This document shows, one piece after another, positions 28,315-32,000 of a stretch of DNA of 32,000 bases. Every line of letters starts with the position of its first letter. The stretch's first letter is position 1. Source of the DNA: Erysipelotrichaceae bacterium (lineage in GTDB: Bacteria; Bacillota_I; Bacilli_A; Erysipelotrichales; Coprobacillaceae). The stretch is taken from NCBI GenBank assembly GCA_028698185.1, contig JAQVDW010000002.1, forward strand, positions 30,001 through 62,000, written 5' to 3'. Below the pieces are notes generated by a model. It was not told the DNA's origin and made no database searches. It worked only from the letters and a program-made list of their open reading frames with translations. Position numbers and translations under genes: made by a program.

Positions 28315-28693
28315 CAGCCACATCCCCCTCTTTGATATTGACGACAATAAAAATATCGCTTATTTTTATCTCTTCCTTGCTTAGAACGTACTTGATTTTC
28401 AGATTTGGCTTACGGTGTTGGAACAAGAGCATCTCGCTTTCAAGTTCGATGCTGCCATATGGCGTCTGGTAATCGTTGAGCAACTTAATTGAGCTGATCA
28501 CAAGGGTTGCCTGATTGTTCGTCAGATATATCCGTTCACCCTTTTTTTCAATACCTATCTTGTCGCCGCCACTCACAAATGTCAGCCTGAAACCGGAATC
28601 GGTATCCAGGTATTCGCCTACTTCCTGATATTCAATTGTTTCCTGATGCTCTTCATATTTGATAATACTTTTGTATCTTATTTTCACTTTCAT
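28289..28693 (-). CDS. DUF1934 (YwiB-like) beta-barrel protein
   Basis: 134 aa. The size, the alternating beta-strand pattern and the YQTPYGSIELE motif resemble YwiB-family proteins. Its position upstream of argS matches many Firmicutes. The assignment is from memory. Confidence 0.5.
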   Translation of the reverse strand: MKVKIRYKSIIKYEEHQETIEYQEVGEYLDTDSGFRLTFVSGGDKIGIEKKGERIYLTNNQATLVISSIKLLNDYQTPYGSIELESEMLLFQHRKPNLKIKYVLSKEEIKISDIFIVVNIKEGDVADENIQNFN

Positions 28694-28743
28694 TAAATCA
28701 CCACTGCGATTATATCATAAACCATGGAATAATCACTATTAAT

Positions 28744-29973
28744 TTATTTTGGGAAGTATATTTTATGGGCTTCCTTGTTTTTCTTGCTGTTGACAATGGC
28801 ACCGACAATCTCGCTCATTTCCAAAAACGACACAAGCCGGTCGTTTTTGACTATCTCGATTTCACCGATCTGGTGGCTGTCGCCGTAGTAATGGTACAAT
28901 ACCGCCTGCTGCGTGTCGATGCCCACATAATAATCGACATCGAATCCCCTGATTTTCTGTCTTGCTTTGATGTTGTCAACAATCGCATTGTCCTCGCTGT
29001 CGATATCGATATACCCCAGCAAGTCGCGATCGAGGAAGCGCCGGGCCAGATCGCTCAGGATGGCATCGTCGCAAGTGGTGAACTTATGGAAATAGTAAAG
29101 CACCACCGCCTCGTCGAGATTAGTGTAGTCACAGGCCGTGACAGTGCCATTTAGAAAAGGAAGAAGATATTCGATATCGCCAAAATCGAAATTCCGGCTG
29201 TAAAGATCCTTGATTCTTTTGAAGATCGACTTGAGAATTATCTCATAGCTGCGACCAACAGGATGGAAATACACCTGCCAGTACATATGGTAGCGGGCCA
29301 GGATGTAGTCCTCGATTGCCTGGACCCCGCTGTGTTTGTAGACCAGTTTGTTGTCCTTGACACGGATGCAGCGGATGATCCGGGCCAGGTCAAACTGGCC
29401 ATAGCTAACACCGGTGAAATAGGAATCACGAAGCAGATAATCCATCCGGTCGGCATCAAGCTGCGAAGAAACCAGCGAGACAAGGATGGAATTAGGATGG
29501 CTCTTTTCGATTATCCGGCAGACATCTTCAACCATATCCGCACTTATCCGATCCAGGATCCGAGATATCTGAGGACATTCCTTGATTATTCGAACCGTGT
29601 AAAGTTCGTGATTGTCGCCAAAGATATCCTCGAACGAATGCGAAAACGGGCCATGGCCCAGATCATGGAGCAAGCCGGCAACCATGGCACAAAGAAACTC
29701 GTAGTCGGATATGCAGTTTCTAATCACGCTCTTGGATACCATTTCGACAACTATCCAATATACTCCCAATGAATGGGAAAAGCGGGTGTGTTCACCCCCA
29801 GGATAGGCCTGGGAGGTGCCCCCCAGCTGTTTTATCCGGCGCAACCGCTGGAATTGCGGCGTATCGATCAGATCAAGAATGACCTGGTTGTCGATTGTAA
29901 TGTAATTATGGATTGGATCGCGAATTACCCTGACATCCTGCAGCGCGATGCTCTTCAATGTGAAATCTTTCAT
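28744..29973 (-). CDS. HD-domain phosphohydrolase, SAMHD1/YwfO/EF1143-like (putative dNTP triphosphohydrolase)
   Basis: IRDPIHNYI..., QFQRLRRIKQLG, EHTRFSHSLGV, LLHDLGHGPFSH and DADRMDYLLRDSYFTG are the characteristic COG1078 motifs. I place the start at the ATG at 29973, preceded by AGGAGGA. The 46 extra codons in the track ORF span two terminators. Confidence 0.8.
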   Translation of the reverse strand: MKDFTLKSIALQDVRVIRDPIHNYITIDNQVILDLIDTPQFQRLRRIKQLGGTSQAYPGGEHTRFSHSLGVYWIVVEMVSKSVIRNCISDYEFLCAMVAGLLHDLGHGPFSHSFEDIFGDNHELYTVRIIKECPQISRILDRISADMVEDVCRIIEKSHPNSILVSLVSSQLDADRMDYLLRDSYFTGVSYGQFDLARIIRCIRVKDNKLVYKHSGVQAIEDYILARYHMYWQVYFHPVGRSYEIILKSIFKRIKDLYSRNFDFGDIEYLLPFLNGTVTACDYTNLDEAVVLYYFHKFTTCDDAILSDLARRFLDRDLLGYIDIDSEDNAIVDNIKARQKIRGFDVDYYVGIDTQQAVLYHYYGDSHQIGEIEIVKNDRLVSFLEMSEIVGAIVNSKKNKEAHKIYFPK

Positions 29974-29999
29974 CTTCAATCCTCCTGAATCAATTATAC

Positions 30000-30027
30000 A
30001 AAAAAAGGCTCCCAGATAGTAGCCTTT
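30000..30027 (-). terminator. Second hairpin with U-tract downstream of dfx, abutting the -10 (TATAAT, 29993-29998) of the HD gene
   Basis: The minus strand reads AAAGGCU-acuaucuggg-AGCCUUU followed by UUUU, immediately followed by GTATAAT. Confidence 0.55.
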
Positions 30028-30080
30028 TGAGAGTTTTTCCGACAATACCCCAAAAAAACGGGAAATGACCGCCGTGGCAC

Positions 30081-30109
30081 AAAAAAAGCCTGGCATTTGA
30101 ACCAGGCTC
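30081..30109 (-). terminator. Intrinsic terminator of dfx
   Basis: The minus strand reads GAGCCUGG-uucaaau-GCCAGGCU (G-C rich) followed by UUUUUUU, about 40 nt after the dfx stop. Confidence 0.8.
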
Positions 30110-30150
30110 AATTCTTAAGAAATTTTTCCTAAAAAAAGATAAATCGGTTA

Positions 30151-30522
30151 TTATAATTCTTTTTTCCACAAACCATGCAAGTTGCAATATTCATATACTG
30201 CCAATGGTTTCTTTCCGGCAACATTGAAAGTCGCTTTTGGCGCTTCATTCGGTTTAAGATCTTTGCGATATGCGCCATCTTCCAATTCAACGACAATGAA
30301 TTGGATGTAATGTTCTTCAGTCATCGGATGTTCAACCGAACCGACAACAACATCCAGAACATCGCCTTCAACAGTCGCAACCGGTACGTGTTTTTCCACA
30401 GCCGCATCGACAGTGTTCGCTTTTAGCTCTTCCATTGGCTGGTCGCAACATACAAGTTGACCGCCGCCGCTTTTCACCAATTCCACAATATTTCCACAAA
30501 CATTACACTTAAAAAATTTCAT
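30151..30522 (-). CDS. dfx: Desulfoferrodoxin (2Fe superoxide reductase)
   Basis: 123 aa. The N-terminal desulforedoxin-like centre I is CNVCGN...CCDQPM. The centre II ligand pattern is KHVP...HPMTEEHYI...CNLHGLW. Confidence 0.9.
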   Translation of the reverse strand: MKFFKCNVCGNIVELVKSGGGQLVCCDQPMEELKANTVDAAVEKHVPVATVEGDVLDVVVGSVEHPMTEEHYIQFIVVELEDGAYRKDLKPNEAPKATFNVAGKKPLAVYEYCNLHGLWKKEL

Positions 30523-30696
30523 CAGAATTTCCTCCTTTTTTCACTTTCTACAATAATTCTAGCACCTTAAGTCGCTTTTTAAAAGCAATACGCTTAGTTT
30601 TTTCATAATTGTGAAATTTCATATCTTGGAAAAAAGCGGATAATTTTTTTTATGCCGATACAATAATGCCATAAACTAAAGGAGGAATTTAACTAA

Positions 30697-32000
30697 ATGG
30701 AAGGTGTAAAAATTGTTACAATCGGTGGGGGTAGTTCATATACTCCTGAATTAATGGAAGGTTTCATCAAACGATACGACGAATTGCCAATTCGTGAAAT
30801 CTGGCTTGTCGATATCGAAGACGGAAAAGAAAAAATGGAAATCGTCGGGAAAATGGCCCAAAGAATGTGGGACGCATCTCCTTATGATGTAAAAGTTCAT
30901 TTGACATTAGATCGCCGCGAAGCTTTAAAAGATGCTGACTTCGTCACTACTCAATTCCGCGTAGGTTTATTGAATGCCCGCATCAAAGACGAAAGAATCC
31001 CATTAAGCTATGGTATCATGGGACAAGAAACAAATGGTGCCGGAGGGATCTTCAAAGCATTGAGAACAATCCCTGTAATCTTGAGCATCGTTGAAGACAT
31101 GAAAGAATTATGTCCAAACGCATGGTTGGTAAACTTCACTAATCCATCTGGAATGGTTACTGAAGCAATCCTGAGATACGGTAAATGGGAAAAAGTTATC
31201 GGATTATGCAACGTTCCAGTTGGAGCAATGATGGCCGAACCTGAAATGCTTGGAATGAAGCTTGAAGACATGAACTACAAATTTGCCGGATTGAACCATT
31301 TCCACTGGCACAGAGTATTTGACAAAGCTGGAAACAACATCACTCAAAAAATCATCGACCGTATGTATGATACTGACGCTGGAATACCTGCAAATATCGC
31401 AGACTGCCCAATCACAAAAGAAATCGTTGACCAAATGCAAATGATTCCTTGCGGTTACCACCGTTACTACTACATGCAAACAGACATGTTGGAACATCTT
31501 TTGGAAGATTACAATGGAAAAGGTACTCGTGCCGAACAAGTTAAACAAACTGAAGCCGAACTGTTCGAACTATACAAAGACCCTAACCTGGATCACAAAC
31601 CAGAGCAATTGGCTAAACGTGGTGGGGCTCACTACTCTGATGCCGCTTGTGAAACAATCGCATCTATCTACGGTGATAAGAAAACCCATATCGTCGTTTC
31701 TACACGCAACAATGGTGCAATTCCTTTCTTGCCAGTTGACTGTGCAGTTGAAGTTTCAACTTACATGACAAGTGCCGGACCAATGCCAATCGCATGGGGA
31801 GACATGGACTACGCTTCAAAAGGTTGGCTTCAAGCTATGAAAAACATGGAACAAGCCACCATCGAGGCTGCTGTAACTGGTGATTACGGTTTATTGCTGC
31901 AAGCATTGACATTGAACCCTCAAGTCTCAGGTGGAACTACAACAAAACGTGTTTGTGACGAGTTGTTGATTGCCCACAAAAAATACCTGCCTCAATTCGC
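30697..32000 (+). CDS. 6-phospho-beta-glucosidase, glycoside hydrolase family 4 (CelF/LicH/ChbF-like); the 3' end lies beyond the window
   Basis: The ORF runs off the window end, so it is absent from the ORF track. The ATG at 30697 follows AAAGGAGGA. The translation reads MEGVKIVTIGGGSSYTPELMEGFIKRYDELPIREIWLVDI..., the NAD-binding GH4 N-terminus. GLCNVP and NHFHW motifs are also present. Confidence 0.88.
   Translation, partial: MEGVKIVTIGGGSSYTPELMEGFIKRYDELPIREIWLVDIEDGKEKMEIVGKMAQRMWDASPYDVKVHLTLDRREALKDADFVTTQFRVGLLNARIKDERIPLSYGIMGQETNGAGGIFKALRTIPVILSIVEDMKELCPNAWLVNFTNPSGMVTEAILRYGKWEKVIGLCNVPVGAMMAEPEMLGMKLEDMNYKFAGLNHFHWHRVFDKAGNNITQKIIDRMYDTDAGIPANIADCPITKEIVDQMQMIPCGYHRYYYMQTDMLEHLLEDYNGKGTRAEQVKQTEAELFELYKDPNLDHKPEQLAKRGGAHYSDAACETIASIYGDKKTHIVVSTRNNGAIPFLPVDCAVEVSTYMTSAGPMPIAWGDMDYASKGWLQAMKNMEQATIEAAVTGDYGLLLQALTLNPQVSGGTTTKRVCDELLIAHKKYLPQF

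Noticed and set aside
26803-29973. PLD-family protein plus HD-domain protein plus a small unknown protein, considered as a possible nuclease-based defence cassette.
   Set aside because: The PLD protein has N-terminal TM helices, two HKD motifs and the length of cardiolipin synthase. The HD protein and DUF1934 sit in the conserved ywfO/ywiB/argS/rpoE housekeeping context. No mobile-element, methylase, ATPase or other defence-island hallmark is nearby.
30601-30624. TTGTGAA half-site, the 10-bp palindrome TGAAATTTCA and a repeated TTTCATA in the dfx/GH4 divergent intergenic region. These were considered as a Rex, CRP/FNR or cre operator.
   Set aside because: The second half-site does not match Rex (TTCACAA) or CRP/FNR (TCACA) at the correct spacing. 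The palindrome lacks the central CG block of cre. The region is AT-rich, so short palindromes are expected. It is worth noting only if a genome-wide motif search recovers it.

Overview
This window is a core-chromosome segment from a moderate-GC, probably anaerobic Bacillota (Firmicutes) genome; I cannot name the species. I support 29 protein-coding genes, 27 of them on the minus strand, plus one Leu-type T-box riboswitch, about ten intrinsic terminators and a few sigma-A-like promoters. I saw no rRNA or tRNA genes, CRISPR arrays, transposases, integrases or phage genes.

Gene order on the minus strand, read from high to low coordinates:
- dfx
- HD-domain dNTPase-like protein, then DUF1934-cls-argS-rpoE
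- gap
- S41 protease-uvrB-cca(HD)-uvrA-hprK-lgt-ppaX
- SseB-like protein
- glpK-trxB
- rapZ-whiA-XRE regulator, then a small membrane protein
- zinc-ribbon/DUF5050 protein-murF-ddl
- T-box-leuA-ilvN-ilvC

The two plus-strand genes are arsC and a partial GH4 6-phospho-beta-glucosidase. Several blocks recall B. subtilis synteny (trxB near yvcJ/whiA, hprK-lgt-ppaX, uvrBA, ywiB-argS-rpoE).

I did not find a convincing self-contained novel system such as a defence island; the region reads as housekeeping. The items most worth a second look are:
1. A complete CCA-adding/HD enzyme gene sits between uvrB and uvrA with 11-nt overlaps at both junctions.
2. A membrane-anchored zinc-ribbon/beta-propeller-like protein heads the murF-ddl operon, and its stop codon abuts the murF start.
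3. rapZ overlaps whiA with no yvcK between them, and a small XRE regulator is translationally coupled to whiA.
4. The T-box has a Leu CUC specifier but a UGGA acceptor-binding bulge.
5. Near-consensus cre-like overlapping palindromes lie upstream of the gap promoter.
6. Two codon-usage classes are visible: ilvC, gap and the GH4 gene differ from all other genes.

All functional calls rest on motifs read by eye, not on database searches.
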